Source of the DNA: Myxococcota bacterium
GTDB lineage: Bacteria > Myxococcota > SpSt-1050
Length of the DNA: 27,154 nt
Assembly (NCBI GenBank): GCA_049969675.1
Contig: JBMFOP010000041.1
Location: 1-27,154 of the forward strand
Direction of reading: 5' to 3'
Each line of letters begins with the position of its first letter. Positions within the stretch are counted from its first letter, which is position 1. Shown in pieces: positions 15,808 through 25,893 of the stretch. The translations under genes and the position numbers were made by a program. Under the pieces are notes generated by a model. The model ran no database searches and had not been told where the DNA came from. It saw only the letters and a program-made list of their open reading frames with translations.

Positions 15808-18308
15808 ACCTCATCTAACGAAAAATATACTTTATCCTTTCTGATTGTCAAATTACTCTTCCTCTCTATCCCGAGCAGAGCGAGGACCTCAAATATATTT
15901 GCCGTCCCCTCCTCTCTATATAAAAGATAGATACTCATAGTCCCATCCGAGCCCTTCCTGATATCATATATAAATCTTCTTATGTCAACCTCTTTTATAT
16001 TTTCATCCTTTTTGCGAATCACCTTGAGTTCCTTTGAATTGAGTATTTTTTCTATTATACCATCTTCAACAATTTCATTCGTAAAGATGTCATATCTTAC
16101 AGCGGCTATCAATTGTGAAATGGACTTAAATCTCGTCTGGCTTGAAATCATCTCAATCACCCTTATGCCAGATGGGAAGAGATGTGAAAGTGTGTTCATC
16201 ACCAGATCTACTGTATATCTCCTCTTAAGTACAAAATCCATAAACTCAGTTGTGGATATCACCCCTATAGGAAGGGCCGGGCCTGAGGATATATCTGCCC
16301 GCGGGTTAAATGCCCCTCTAAAGTGGAGGGGAAGACCACTCATTAAGAGTGCCTTATTGAAGATATTCATAATGTCCAGATGTGATGCATATATCATATC
16401 TCCCTCTTTTGCATATCTCAATCTATAATAAGTAATCTCCTCAAATCCGTCTGACATATGAGGTGCTTCTCTCTTCTCTATCTTGAGTTCATCTTTAGCC
16501 TTTATATTTGTAAATTCTGAATCACATACCCCACAGGCACTACAATTGCCTTCTATTAAACAATCCTCTGTTTCAATCTCATTCTGATAAGCCTCTCTCT
16601 CCCGCAATAAAAACTCCTTTGAAATACCGGTGGAGATTATATCCCACGGGAGTATATTCCTTATATCCCTCTCTTTAAGATAATCTTCAATCTGGATATT
16701 ATATTTTTCATAAAACCACTTTGAAGAATCAAGATACCTACGGATGTCAAAGTTATCTGACCAGGCATCCAGATATGAACCTTTCATATTTGCATCCAGA
16801 ATGACATCAAGGACCCTCCTGTCTCCTCTTGAGAGCAGTGCCTCTATTTTACTGAGAGAGATATCAGTCTTCTTTATCTTGAATGCGGGGTGTCTGAGTC
16901 TATCCCTGATGATTGATATCTTCCTTTTTAAATCTTCATCATCTGCAAATCTTTCCCACTGCAAGGGGGTATGAGCCTTTGGCACAAACGGACTGATTGT
17001 AATATTAATATCCGGGCGTCTTTTATATTTTTTAGCGGTATCCAGAATCCTATATGAGAGATTGCATATTGCCTCTATATCTTCATCGCCCTCGTCAGGT
17101 AGGCCGATCATAAAGTAGAGTTTTATCAACTCCCATCCAGTCTCAAATGCCACATCTACAGCCCTGATTATCTCTTCTTCAGAGATATTCTTATTGATCT
17201 TTCTGCGCATCCTCTCGGAGCCAGCCTCCGGTGCTATTGTTATACCCGTCCTCTTTACAAGCGATATCTGATTTAATATCTCACGCGATGCCGTATCCAC
17301 TCTGAGAGATGGGAGTGAGAGCGACACTTTGTGTGAGGAGAATTCTTCATTTACTCTTGCAAATATCTTATCAACCCCATCATAGTCACCGGCACTGAGA
17401 GATAAAAAAGATACCTCCTGAAAACCACTACCCTTTATTCCATTTATGACTATATTCAAAATATCCTGACGGCTCCTCTGTCTGACAGGGCGATATATAT
17501 ATCCGGCAAAACAGAATCTGCAGCCGTGGGTACAACCTCTCTGAATCTCAACCACAAACCTGTCCTGAACTGTCTCAATTAAAGGGACTATCTGATTTGT
17601 CGGGAACTGCCCTTTTGAAAGTGCCCTGACAGTTGCCTTTCTAATAACCTTATCTGGTGCTGATGCGAGATAGAGCCCTTCATATTTTACATCATATAAA
17701 GAGGGGACATAGACACCCTCTATCTCCGAGAGCCTTTCTAAAATCCCTCTCTTATTGAGCCCCCTCTCTCGCAAATCGGCATATCTCCTGAGTAAAAAGA
17801 GTAGATTTTCTTCTGCATCTCCAAGATAAATTATATCAAATACCCCCGCCATCGGTTCTGGATTAAATAGCGATGGTCCACCTCCTATGATGAGTGGAGA
17901 AGATTCATCCCTCTTCTCAGAGAGTGGTTCAATCCCGCCGAGTCCAAGCATCTCCACAATGGTTGAGAAGCTCATCTCATACTCTACGGAAAAGCCCACG
18001 ACATCAAAATCAGAGATAGACCTTCTACTTTCAAGAGAGAAGAGTTTTATACCTCTTCTCTTCATCTCCTCCCTCGCATCTATCCACGGGGCAAAGACCC
18101 GTTCACAGAGAATATCGCTCTGGTCATTTAAGAGCTTATAGATAATCTTTCCACCGGTATGGCTCATCCCGATTTCATAGATGTCCGGGAAGGCGAGCAA
18201 AAATCTTATTCTTACATCAGAAAAGTCCTTCTTTATCTGGTTTACCTCTCCACCGGTATATCTGAGAGGTCTGGAGACAGAGAGAAAGAATTCTCTAAGA
18301 TCACTCAA
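15804..18308 (-). CDS. TIGR03960-type radical SAM protein fused to a TIGR03936/DUF2344-type domain
   Basis: P.RYTGGE.N, FPDIYEIGMSH, CERVFAPW.D, EIQRGCTHGCRFC, TIAPEAGSERMR, FVPKAHTPLQW, CSACGVC; C-terminal YRLRYAKEG...Y.SHLD...FNP....S.GPALPIG; usual neighbour of rng. Confidence 0.9.
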   Translation of the reverse strand: MSDLREFFLSVSRPLRYTGGEVNQIKKDFSDVRIRFLLAFPDIYEIGMSHTGGKIIYKLLNDQSDILCERVFAPWIDAREEMKRRGIKLFSLESRRSISDFDVVGFSVEYEMSFSTIVEMLGLGGIEPLSEKRDESSPLIIGGGPSLFNPEPMAGVFDIIYLGDAEENLLFLLRRYADLRERGLNKRGILERLSEIEGVYVPSLYDVKYEGLYLASAPDKVIRKATVRALSKGQFPTNQIVPLIETVQDRFVVEIQRGCTHGCRFCFAGYIYRPVRQRSRQDILNIVINGIKGSGFQEVSFLSLSAGDYDGVDKIFARVNEEFSSHKVSLSLPSLRVDTASREILNQISLVKRTGITIAPEAGSERMRRKINKNISEEEIIRAVDVAFETGWELIKLYFMIGLPDEGDEDIEAICNLSYRILDTAKKYKRRPDINITISPFVPKAHTPLQWERFADDEDLKRKISIIRDRLRHPAFKIKKTDISLSKIEALLSRGDRRVLDVILDANMKGSYLDAWSDNFDIRRYLDSSKWFYEKYNIQIEDYLKERDIRNILPWDIISTGISKEFLLREREAYQNEIETEDCLIEGNCSACGVCDSEFTNIKAKDELKIEKREAPHMSDGFEEITYYRLRYAKEGDMIYASHLDIMNIFNKALLMSGLPLHFRGAFNPRADISSGPALPIGVISTTEFMDFVLKRRYTVDLVMNTLSHLFPSGIRVIEMISSQTRFKSISQLIAAVRYDIFTNEIVEDGIIEKILNSKELKVIRKKDENIKEVDIRRFIYDIRKGSDGTMSIYLLYREEGTANIFEVLALLGIERKSNLTIRKDKVYFSLDEV

Positions 18309-19176
18309 TCAGAATTACCTCCGCAAAAAAGGTCTCCCCTTCTTTTCTGTATATACCTATCATCTTCTCATCTGCAAATCCAATAAATCTCTTTGCATCA
18401 ATATCAAGAATCTCCCTACAATCATCTACAGATATCGGTGCTCCATTACAGGCACCACTGAATATTGAAGATTTAATGAAGAATCTCCCATATTCTAAAA
18501 AGACCTTATCAACAGGAATGATATCTTCCTCAGTAAGCTCATTTAATCGCTTGGAATTATTGAGATTGAATCTTCCATAAGAACTTCTTGTAAGTGCATA
18601 CATCGTTCCATCTACTCTGAGTTCCTTGCAGATGTCATTTATCAACTGTCTTATGTATGTTCCACTGCTGCAGATTACCTCAATCTCTATGTACGGTGGT
18701 TCAAATCTCTTCATCTCTATCTCGTATATTACTACCCTTCTCACCTTCTCCGGCACCTTTATCCCTTTTCGTGCATAATGGTATAGACTCTTCCCCTTAA
18801 ACTTACTGGCAGAAAACTCTGGAATTTTCTGAACTATCTCCTGACGATATCTCTTAATAACATCAATGAATTCCATTCTATCTACCACAGGGACAGATTC
18901 AGAGATGACCCTCCCTGTTATGTCCAGCGAATCCGTGCTGATACCCAGTTTGATTGTGGCAAGATATGTCTTTGGATATTCAAGGAAGAATCGCATCGTC
19001 CTCGTCGCCCTATTCACGAGCACAGGAAGGACACCATCAGCAATGGGGTCAAGTGTTCCACAATGTCCAACCTTCCTGAGATCCAGTCTCCTTTTTAAGA
19101 GTTGTATCTCCTGATTACTTGACCTCCCCCTCTCTTTCAATAACGGGATAAAACCTGATATCTCTGAAATTTTCAC
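18301..19176 (-). CDS. truB: tRNA pseudouridine(55) synthase
   Basis: KVGHCGTLDPIADGVL, KTYLATIKLG.STDSLD.TG, CSSGTYIR. Confidence 0.95.
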   Translation of the reverse strand: MKISEISGFIPLLKERGRSSNQEIQLLKRRLDLRKVGHCGTLDPIADGVLPVLVNRATRTMRFFLEYPKTYLATIKLGISTDSLDITGRVISESVPVVDRMEFIDVIKRYRQEIVQKIPEFSASKFKGKSLYHYARKGIKVPEKVRRVVIYEIEMKRFEPPYIEIEVICSSGTYIRQLINDICKELRVDGTMYALTRSSYGRFNLNNSKRLNELTEEDIIPVDKVFLEYGRFFIKSSIFSGACNGAPISVDDCREILDIDAKRFIGFADEKMIGIYRKEGETFFAEVILIE

Positions 19177-20150
19177 TGTAAATATTCTTTTAATGCTGAA
19201 ATTACTCTTGCAACCGACTCCTCAATGCCCTCACTCAGAACAATACCTGCTGCATTTCTATGTCCACCACCCCCAAACTGAATGGCAAAAGTTGCCACAT
19301 CAATATCATCCTTTGACCTTAAAGAGACCTTTACCTTATCTCCAACCACCTCTCTGAAGAGGAGCCCCACATCCACCCCCTTTATTGAACGGGCATAATT
19401 TACAAACTGGTCTGTCATATCATCCGTGGCACCGGATTCTCTGATATTCTCAAGCGTGAGCTTCATATATGCTATACGGTCACCTTTTTCAAACTTCAGT
19501 GTAGAGAGTGCATAGGAGAGTAATATAATCCTTGCCTTGGGTTCAGATTCATAGACCTCCTTTGCTATCTCCCACGCGGAGATCCCATAACCCATCAATT
19601 CGGAGGCAATAGCAAAGGTCTCAGAGGTGGTATTTGAATATCTAAAACTTCCGGTATCTGTAAGTATGGCGGTATATAGTGCCTCAGCGATATTTCTATC
19701 TATCATAACACTATTTGCCTTAAGAATCCTGTATACAATCTCCGCCGTAGCGGCAGCCTCGGGCTCCTGAATGACTATATCCCCAACTCCAGAGCCGGTA
19801 AGATGATGGTCTATATTTATTATAAATCCGTATTTTTCTCTATGGTTTATTTCTATACCTTTCATAATCCTCTTAGGCTCAGAAAGGTCCAGAACAAATG
19901 TGGCATCAAATCTCTCTTCAGGTTTTAATTCTGTTCTAACCACACCTTCTCTATTCAAAAACCTGCAATTGAATGGGATGGGTTCACAAGAGAGAATCAG
20001 GGGATTCTTGCCTATCTTCTTCATCGCATAATATAAGGCAAATGCAGAGCCTGTACAGTCACCATCGGGGCTACTGTGAAATATTATAAGGATATTTTTG
20101 AAAGAAGAGAGTCTATTGAAGATCTCAATATATTTTAGTCTATTCTTCAT
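19173..20150 (-). CDS. nrnA: DHH/DHHA1 family oligoribonuclease / PAP phosphatase
   Basis: H.SPDGD..GS, NIDHH, TDTGSF, VSLRS, GGGGHRNAAG. Confidence 0.92.
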   Translation of the reverse strand: MKNRLKYIEIFNRLSSFKNILIIFHSSPDGDCTGSAFALYYAMKKIGKNPLILSCEPIPFNCRFLNREGVVRTELKPEERFDATFVLDLSEPKRIMKGIEINHREKYGFIINIDHHLTGSGVGDIVIQEPEAAATAEIVYRILKANSVMIDRNIAEALYTAILTDTGSFRYSNTTSETFAIASELMGYGISAWEIAKEVYESEPKARIILLSYALSTLKFEKGDRIAYMKLTLENIRESGATDDMTDQFVNYARSIKGVDVGLLFREVVGDKVKVSLRSKDDIDVATFAIQFGGGGHRNAAGIVLSEGIEESVARVISALKEYLQ

Positions 20151-20493
20151 CTTTTTTATTTATCTCTGATAGTATCTGGTTGATTCTATTGGCATTGTCA
20201 AAGGATCTGTCAAAGATAAAGAAGAGGTCAGGGACTCTTTTGATATTTAATCGCTTTATCAGTTCTCTCTTTATAAATCCCCGAGCCGATTCAAATCCAA
20301 CCCTTGCCTCATCTTTCTTATTTGTATCACCATAGAGACAGTAATAGACCTTTGCGGTCCTCAGGTCCTCCGAGACATCCACCTCAGTAATAGATACCAT
20401 CTCAAGTCTCGGGTCTTTTAATCCCCTGTGTAGCATCTCTGAGATCTCTTCCAGAATTAAACTTCCAAGTCGTGCCTTTCTATTTGGTATCAT
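20140..20493 (-). CDS. rbfA: Ribosome-binding factor A
   Basis: LKDPRL..VSITEVDVS.DL..AKVY, RVPDLFF.FD.S; synteny. Confidence 0.95.
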   Translation of the reverse strand: MIPNRKARLGSLILEEISEMLHRGLKDPRLEMVSITEVDVSEDLRTAKVYYCLYGDTNKKDEARVGFESARGFIKRELIKRLNIKRVPDLFFIFDRSFDNANRINQILSEINKKDEE

Positions 20494-20501
20494 CTCGCAC
20501 C

Positions 20502-20789
20502 TCAGAATGAAATTATTTCATATTTTCTATCAATTATATGTCCGGGTATTATCTGCTCTATGACATCTGTAGTCTTACTGATAACAGAATCTATAAAAGA
20601 ACTGTCATTGCTCACAACGGCAAAACCAATTTCTGCCTTCTGCCAGAGGTCCTGCTCACCAACCTCTGCAACAATAATATTCATCTTATTCTTTACCCTA
20701 TCTCTGATAATATTGAGTATTCTCCTCTTCTCCTTGAGCGAATGCCCCTCTGGAAGGAATACAGATATCTTTACAAGACCTACCAACAT
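20502..20789 (-). CDS. DUF503 (YlxP-like) protein
   Basis: HSLKEKR, VAEVGEQDLWQKAEIGFAVVSND; lies between infB and rbfA. Confidence 0.92.
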   Translation of the reverse strand: MLVGLVKISVFLPEGHSLKEKRRILNIIRDRVKNKMNIIVAEVGEQDLWQKAEIGFAVVSNDSSFIDSVISKTTDVIEQIIPGHIIDRKYEIISF

Positions 20790-20790
20790 C

Positions 20791-23361
20791 TTACATCATC
20801 TCGTAAAATTCCAGAACATCGCCTTCACTGATATCCTCAAACCCCTCTATCGCGATACCGCAATCCATACCGGCCTGCACCTCTCTCACATCGTCCTTAA
20901 ATCTCTTGAGGGAGGAGAGCTTCCCCTCAAAGATCGTCTGGTTATCTCTTATGACCTTAACCCTGGCTGACCTGACAACTCTCCCATCCACCACCATACA
21001 TCCGGCAATCTTCCCAACCTTTGAGATATTGAATATCTGTCTGACTTCGGCTCTGCCGGCATATGTCTCTGTCTTCTCCTCCTTGATTTCTCCAGAGATT
21101 ATCTTCTTTACATAGTCAAGAAGGTCGTAAATAATCGCAAAGGATTTAATAATTACCTTCTCCCGCTCTGCTATCTGTTTTACATTTGAATCGGATTTTG
21201 TATTAAACCCTATAATAATCGCATTGCTTGCCGATGCAAGTGTTACATCACTCTCTGTAATACTCCCCACCCCTGAGTGCAGAATCTCAATCTTAAAGGT
21301 ATCCGTGGATTCAGCCTTTAGAGCCTCAGCAATTGACTCCGCGCTCCCATAGACATCTGTCTTAAGAATTATTTTCAGGCCCTTCTGCTCACTCCCCATT
21401 GAGTTGAGCATATCCTCTATACTCAATTTTGTAACGGTGCTGAATTTCTGATTCCTCTGTTGTTCCAATCGCCTTTCTATAATCCTGTCAGCCAGCTTTT
21501 CATCCTCAACAACATACAGGGCCTCTCCAGCCTGAGGAGTTCCCGAGAGACCAATCACCTCAACAGGTTTGGATGGCCCAGCTGAAATGCACTGGTTGCC
21601 ATTTGAATCAAACATCATCCTGACTCTTCCAGAATAAACACCAGAGATAATAAAGTCCCCCTTCTTGAGTGTGCCGCTTTGAACAATGACAGTCGCAACA
21701 GGTCCTCTCCCTTTTTCAACCTTGCTTTCAATCACCGTTCCTACCGCGGGTCCCTTATCGCTCGCCTTGAGTTCAAGGACCTCCGCCTGCAGAAGGAGCA
21801 TATCTAAGAGTTCATTTACACCCTGCCCGGTTTTGGCTGAGATATATCTGACTATTGTGTCCCCTCCCCACTCCTCTGAGACAAGCCCATAATTCATCAA
21901 ATCCTGTTTTATCCTATCCGGATTTATACCCGGTTTATCAATCTTGTTTATCGCCACTATAATGGGGACACCTGCAGATTTGGCGTGATTTATTGCCTCC
22001 ACAGTCTGTGGTTGAATCCCATCATCAGCCGCCACAACGAGTATGACTATATCCGTTATCTGGGCTCCCCTTGCTCTCATCTTTGTAAATGCAGCGTGAC
22101 CCGGTGTATCTAAAAATGTAATACTCCCCCTTTCCAGTTTGACTTCATATGCGCCAATATGCTGGGTAATACCCCCGGCCTCCTGAGCCGCCACATTGGT
22201 CTTTTTTATATAATCTAAGAGGGTAGTCTTTCCATGGTCCACATGTCCCATCACGGTTACAATTGGTGGTCTCGGGACCATATCTTCAGGCCTATCCTCT
22301 CTCTTAAGCCTTGCCTCAAGGTCCTCTTCTGCCTTTACTACCTCCCAGTTGAAATCTTTTGCTACAACAGATGCTGTATCAAAATCGATATTCTGATTAA
22401 TAGTTGCCTCAATCCCATATGAAAACAACTTTGAGATTACCTCTGTCGCCTTTACGCCTAACTCCTTTGCAAAATTCTGTATGGAGATAGTATCTCCCAT
22501 CTTTAATATGCGCTTAATTGCCTTTGGAGTAGTAATCTCTGTCTTAAGTTCTGCACGCTTCTTATTTTTCTTCTTTGCCTTTGCTGTAATAAACGCCATC
22601 CGTTCATCATCTTCATCATAGATATCACTTGAGTCAAACTCGCGCATCCTCCTGTGATGACCATCCTTCTTCTTCTTATCAAACCCCTTCCCCTCTTTAT
22701 CGGACTTAATCAGATCCTGAAGATTCAATGATTTTGTATCCACAGATGGCTTCTGTCTCTGACCCTGATATACCTCAGACTTTGGTTTTATATCAGGGAC
22801 AGTTCCTACAACCTCAATCATAAATTTGTGCTGAGGTACTTTCTCCACCTTTACCTCTTCTATGGGCACTTCCTTAGACTCCTCTACAGGTTTATTCTCT
22901 TCCTCACCCATAATCTCTAAAGGCTTGTTTGTTACAGGTTCACTCTCTACTTTTTCATTCTCCACAGAGGGCTGTGAAGTAATCTCTTCTTCCGCTTCCT
23001 TAATTATCTGTGGTGCAGCGGGCTCTTCAACATTACCAGCTGTGCTCTCTTCAACTTTCGCCTCATAAGGCGCCACCTGAACTACCTCTTCCTTTTTCTC
23101 CTGCTCAGGTGAAGCAGGCTTTGGAGATTCTCGCCGCCTCCTCACAACGGTAGTCCCATCACCTTTCTCAATTCTTTTTACCTGAGTTGACTGCTCCTTC
23201 TCCTTATTAAGAGCAATTTTCAGTCTTGAGATATCAGTATCGCTGATACTGCTGCTATGACTTGCTATTTCCAGTCCGATAAGCTCCTTTGCCTTCGCAA
23301 TCAACTCCTTGCTCTCAATACCAAGTTCCTTTGCTACTTCATGCACTCTTCTGTTGCCCAT
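20791..23361 (-). CDS. infB: Translation initiation factor IF-2
   Basis: RVHEVAKELG N-terminus; RPPIVTVMGHVDHGKTTLLD, EAGGITQHIGAY, DTPGH, NKID, SLKRFKDDV.EV. Confidence 0.98.
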   Translation of the reverse strand: MGNRRVHEVAKELGIESKELIAKAKELIGLEIASHSSSISDTDISRLKIALNKEKEQSTQVKRIEKGDGTTVVRRRRESPKPASPEQEKKEEVVQVAPYEAKVEESTAGNVEEPAAPQIIKEAEEEITSQPSVENEKVESEPVTNKPLEIMGEEENKPVEESKEVPIEEVKVEKVPQHKFMIEVVGTVPDIKPKSEVYQGQRQKPSVDTKSLNLQDLIKSDKEGKGFDKKKKDGHHRRMREFDSSDIYDEDDERMAFITAKAKKKNKKRAELKTEITTPKAIKRILKMGDTISIQNFAKELGVKATEVISKLFSYGIEATINQNIDFDTASVVAKDFNWEVVKAEEDLEARLKREDRPEDMVPRPPIVTVMGHVDHGKTTLLDYIKKTNVAAQEAGGITQHIGAYEVKLERGSITFLDTPGHAAFTKMRARGAQITDIVILVVAADDGIQPQTVEAINHAKSAGVPIIVAINKIDKPGINPDRIKQDLMNYGLVSEEWGGDTIVRYISAKTGQGVNELLDMLLLQAEVLELKASDKGPAVGTVIESKVEKGRGPVATVIVQSGTLKKGDFIISGVYSGRVRMMFDSNGNQCISAGPSKPVEVIGLSGTPQAGEALYVVEDEKLADRIIERRLEQQRNQKFSTVTKLSIEDMLNSMGSEQKGLKIILKTDVYGSAESIAEALKAESTDTFKIEILHSGVGSITESDVTLASASNAIIIGFNTKSDSNVKQIAEREKVIIKSFAIIYDLLDYVKKIISGEIKEEKTETYAGRAEVRQIFNISKVGKIAGCMVVDGRVVRSARVKVIRDNQTIFEGKLSSLKRFKDDVREVQAGMDCGIAIEGFEDISEGDVLEFYEMM

Positions 23362-23433
23362 AAAACACCTTTATACAACTGTTTAATAAATAACCTGCTA
23401 TCATCGATTTATTCCCTGAACTTTAGAACTCCG

Positions 23434-24726
23434 CTACTGGTTCTCCTCAGAATTCACTTTTGAGGCAGCCTCCTCTTCTGCAAGCTCCTTTGCACGAGCG
23501 ATTATCTGTTTCGCCGCCTTCTGAGTTATTAATCCGGAGGAGAGTTCGGCGAGCTCCCTGGGTGTAAACTCTGCAATATCTGCATACTTTCTGCAACCCT
23601 CGGTAAAGAGCAACTCTGCAATTACATCGTTGATTCCCTCTACCTTTGAGAACGCCTGAACAATCTCTTTCCGATACTCACTGAATTTCTCTTCACTCAT
23701 AATATCCAATTTCCATCCGGTCAACTGAACCGCCAATCTTACATTCTGTCCCTTTCTCCCAATTGCCAGAGAGAGCTGGTCATCAGGGACGACAATATCC
23801 ATCCTCTTTTCATCCTCACTTACAAATACCTTGAGCACCTGAGCGGGTGCAATGGCATTGCAGACAAACTTTGCTGATTCAGGGTGATATGGAATGATAT
23901 CAATCTTTTCACCTCTTAATTCCTGAACGATGTTCTGGACCCTCGCCCCCTTCATACCCACACAGGCACCTATCGGATCCACATCTGTATCGGTTGATGA
24001 GACTGCAATCTTCGCCCTGACCCCGGGTTCTCTTGCAACAGCATTAATATGAACCACTCCCTCCGCAATCTCCGGTACCTCAAGTTCAAATAGCTTTCTT
24101 AAGAATCCGGGGTGAATCCTTGAGAGAATTATCTGTGGCCCTTTTGAAATTCTGTGTACATCAACAATATAAGCCCTTATCTTATCGCCCGGTCTGAAGA
24201 CCTCCTTGGGTATCTGTTCCTTCTTTGGGAGGATTGCCTCTGTCTTCCCTATATCCACAATGATATCTCCATGTTCAACCCTCCTGACCTCACCGGTAAT
24301 TAATTCATCTTTTCGGTTCTTATAGTCATTATAAATCTTCTCTCTCTCTGCATCCCGAATTCTCTGCGATAGCAACTGTTTTACTGCCTGAGCACCTATC
24401 CTGCCCAGATTCTTTGAATGAATCTTAAATCCGAGCTCATCCCCTTCCATTGCCTCAGGGTCATGCCTCCTTGCCTCATCTATATGAATCTCAACCAATG
24501 GGTTCTTGACCTTCTCAACCACCCTCTTATATTCAAAGAGTTCTACCTCTCCGAGCTCCTCATTGAATTTTGCCACAAGGTCTCTACCATCATATATCTT
24601 ACGGGCAGCGGTGAGAATAGCCTCTTCTATAAATGCGATTATGTTGCCCTTCTCAATACCCTTCTCCCTTGCAATGGTCTCAACTACCTGTAACAGTTCA
24701 CTTGACATAACTCTTCTTTCCTCCAT
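23434..24726 (-). CDS. nusA: Transcription termination/antitermination factor NusA
   Basis: GRIGAQAVKQ, LFELEVPEI, AREPG.RAKIAV, DPIGACVGMKGARVQ, LSLAIGRKGQNVRLA. Start is uncertain (ATG 24726 or 24708). Confidence 0.96.
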   Translation of the reverse strand: MEERRVMSSELLQVVETIAREKGIEKGNIIAFIEEAILTAARKIYDGRDLVAKFNEELGEVELFEYKRVVEKVKNPLVEIHIDEARRHDPEAMEGDELGFKIHSKNLGRIGAQAVKQLLSQRIRDAEREKIYNDYKNRKDELITGEVRRVEHGDIIVDIGKTEAILPKKEQIPKEVFRPGDKIRAYIVDVHRISKGPQIILSRIHPGFLRKLFELEVPEIAEGVVHINAVAREPGVRAKIAVSSTDTDVDPIGACVGMKGARVQNIVQELRGEKIDIIPYHPESAKFVCNAIAPAQVLKVFVSEDEKRMDIVVPDDQLSLAIGRKGQNVRLAVQLTGWKLDIMSEEKFSEYRKEIVQAFSKVEGINDVIAELLFTEGCRKYADIAEFTPRELAELSSGLITQKAAKQIIARAKELAEEEAASKVNSEENQ

Positions 24727-25198
24727 TTGATTTCCCCCAGTCATAAATTAAGTTTGCGTGGTCTATGTCATCCAGACTTATGAGAATAGTCTTATCTCCC
24801 TTTAAGATAGCAACATCTTCACCCTGCATACCGAGAAGTTTGCCGGTTATCTGATTTGAGCCATCTATCTTCCTGTGAGTCTTTATCTTTATCTCATTCC
24901 CTGCATAGGCGTTAAAATCCACCGGATATCTTATTCTTCTATTCAGGCCCGGGGAGGATACCTCAAGTGTATAAGAGTGGTCAAATATACCCTCAGCCTC
25001 AATTGAATCTCCTATACGATTGTTGAATTCGGCAAGCTCATCTACCGTAATTCCACCAAGCCTGTCAATATATATCCTGAGGATCGCCCTGTTCTTACCT
25101 CTTATAATCTCAATATCTACCAGCTGGAAGTTATACTCCGACAAAACGGGGAGAATAATCTTCTCTATCTGTCTGATTGTGGCTGTCTCTCTTCCCAT
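24698..25198 (-). CDS. rimP: Ribosome maturation factor RimP
   Basis: LRIYIDR.GGITVD, YTLEVSSPGLNR; start set at ATG 25198. Confidence 0.93.
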   Translation of the reverse strand: MGRETATIRQIEKIILPVLSEYNFQLVDIEIIRGKNRAILRIYIDRLGGITVDELAEFNNRIGDSIEAEGIFDHSYTLEVSSPGLNRRIRYPVDFNAYAGNEIKIKTHRKIDGSNQITGKLLGMQGEDVAILKGDKTILISLDDIDHANLIYDWGKSNGGKKSYVK

Positions 25199-25253
25199 TA
25201 CCTTCAGTACCTTTATCAAATTCTCAAAGGAATATTTCCTTTGAGAGGGTGGT

Positions 25254-25281
25254 ATTCTGCCACAAAATTTCATTATTGCAA
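25254..25281 (-). promoter_or_regulatory. Putative sigma70 promoter of the rimP operon
   Basis: Minus strand TTGCAA (25281-25276), 16 nt spacer ending in TGG, CAGAAT (25259-25254). Confidence 0.4.
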
Positions 25282-25344
25282 GTCATTTTTGTTTGACTTA
25301 ATGCGTCAAAAGGGATAATGAATATCCTGGCGCCGATGAGGTAG

Positions 25345-25569
25345 ATGAAAGAAGATGATAAAAATGTATATAGAGCGGCATCCCGATTTCTTGCCTTAGG
25401 GCTTGAGATGGGTATCTCTATTGGTGCTGGTTATTTTATAGGAGATTATCTTGATAAGATATTTGGAACAAAGCCATATCTGACAATCTTCTTCTTTATC
25501 GCCGGGCTCGGCGCGGCGGTAAAGGCTGTATATTCAGCCGTCAAGGGCATTAACATGGATAGATTATGA
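25345..25569 (+). CDS. atpZ: AtpZ/AtpI family (ATPase gene 1) membrane protein
   Basis: LGLEMGISIGAGYFIGDYLDKIFGTKPYLTIFFFIAG; first gene of the Fo block. Confidence 0.85.
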   Translation: MKEDDKNVYRAASRFLALGLEMGISIGAGYFIGDYLDKIFGTKPYLTIFFFIAGLGAAVKAVYSAVKGINMDRL

Positions 25570-25892
25570 GGTCCATCAATTATACGACACCGATTCTAAT
25601 TCTTCTCTGTGTGGCGGCATACCTCATATCCCGCTCCCTTTTTGCTGGAGTTATAACAGGAGTAATCTCCTTTCTGTTAATTAGATTTTATATCCTTACC
25701 TTGCTTAAGATAAGGAATATTAAGTCTCTTATCCTGCTGATAAATATGCTCAAATTTGGAATAGTTATATTGATGTTATTTATCTTCATAAGATATTTGA
25801 GAATGGATGCTGTAAAGATTGCCATTGGTTACTCAATGGTATTTCTGCTTACTATAACTGAATTATTTATAAGAAAGCCGAAGGAGTCATAA
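25566..25892 (+). CDS. atpI: ATP synthase protein I-like membrane protein
   Basis: About four hydrophobic segments; lies between atpZ and atpB. Confidence 0.7.
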   Translation: MRSINYTTPILILLCVAAYLISRSLFAGVITGVISFLLIRFYILTLLKIRNIKSLILLINMLKFGIVILMLFIFIRYLRMDAVKIAIGYSMVFLLTITELFIRKPKES

Positions 25893-25893
25893 T

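Noticed and set aside
23362..23433. Possible ylxR or L7Ae gene between nusA and infB
   Set aside because: The gap is only 72 nt, too short for either gene.
12145..25244. Many 60-156 aa + strand ORFs opposite the housekeeping genes
   Set aside because: They are antisense to well-supported conserved CDSs and lack recognisable motifs.
25199..25273. Long N-terminal extension of RimP in the ORF track
   Set aside because: It overlaps the predicted promoter, and RimP similarity begins after ATG 25198.
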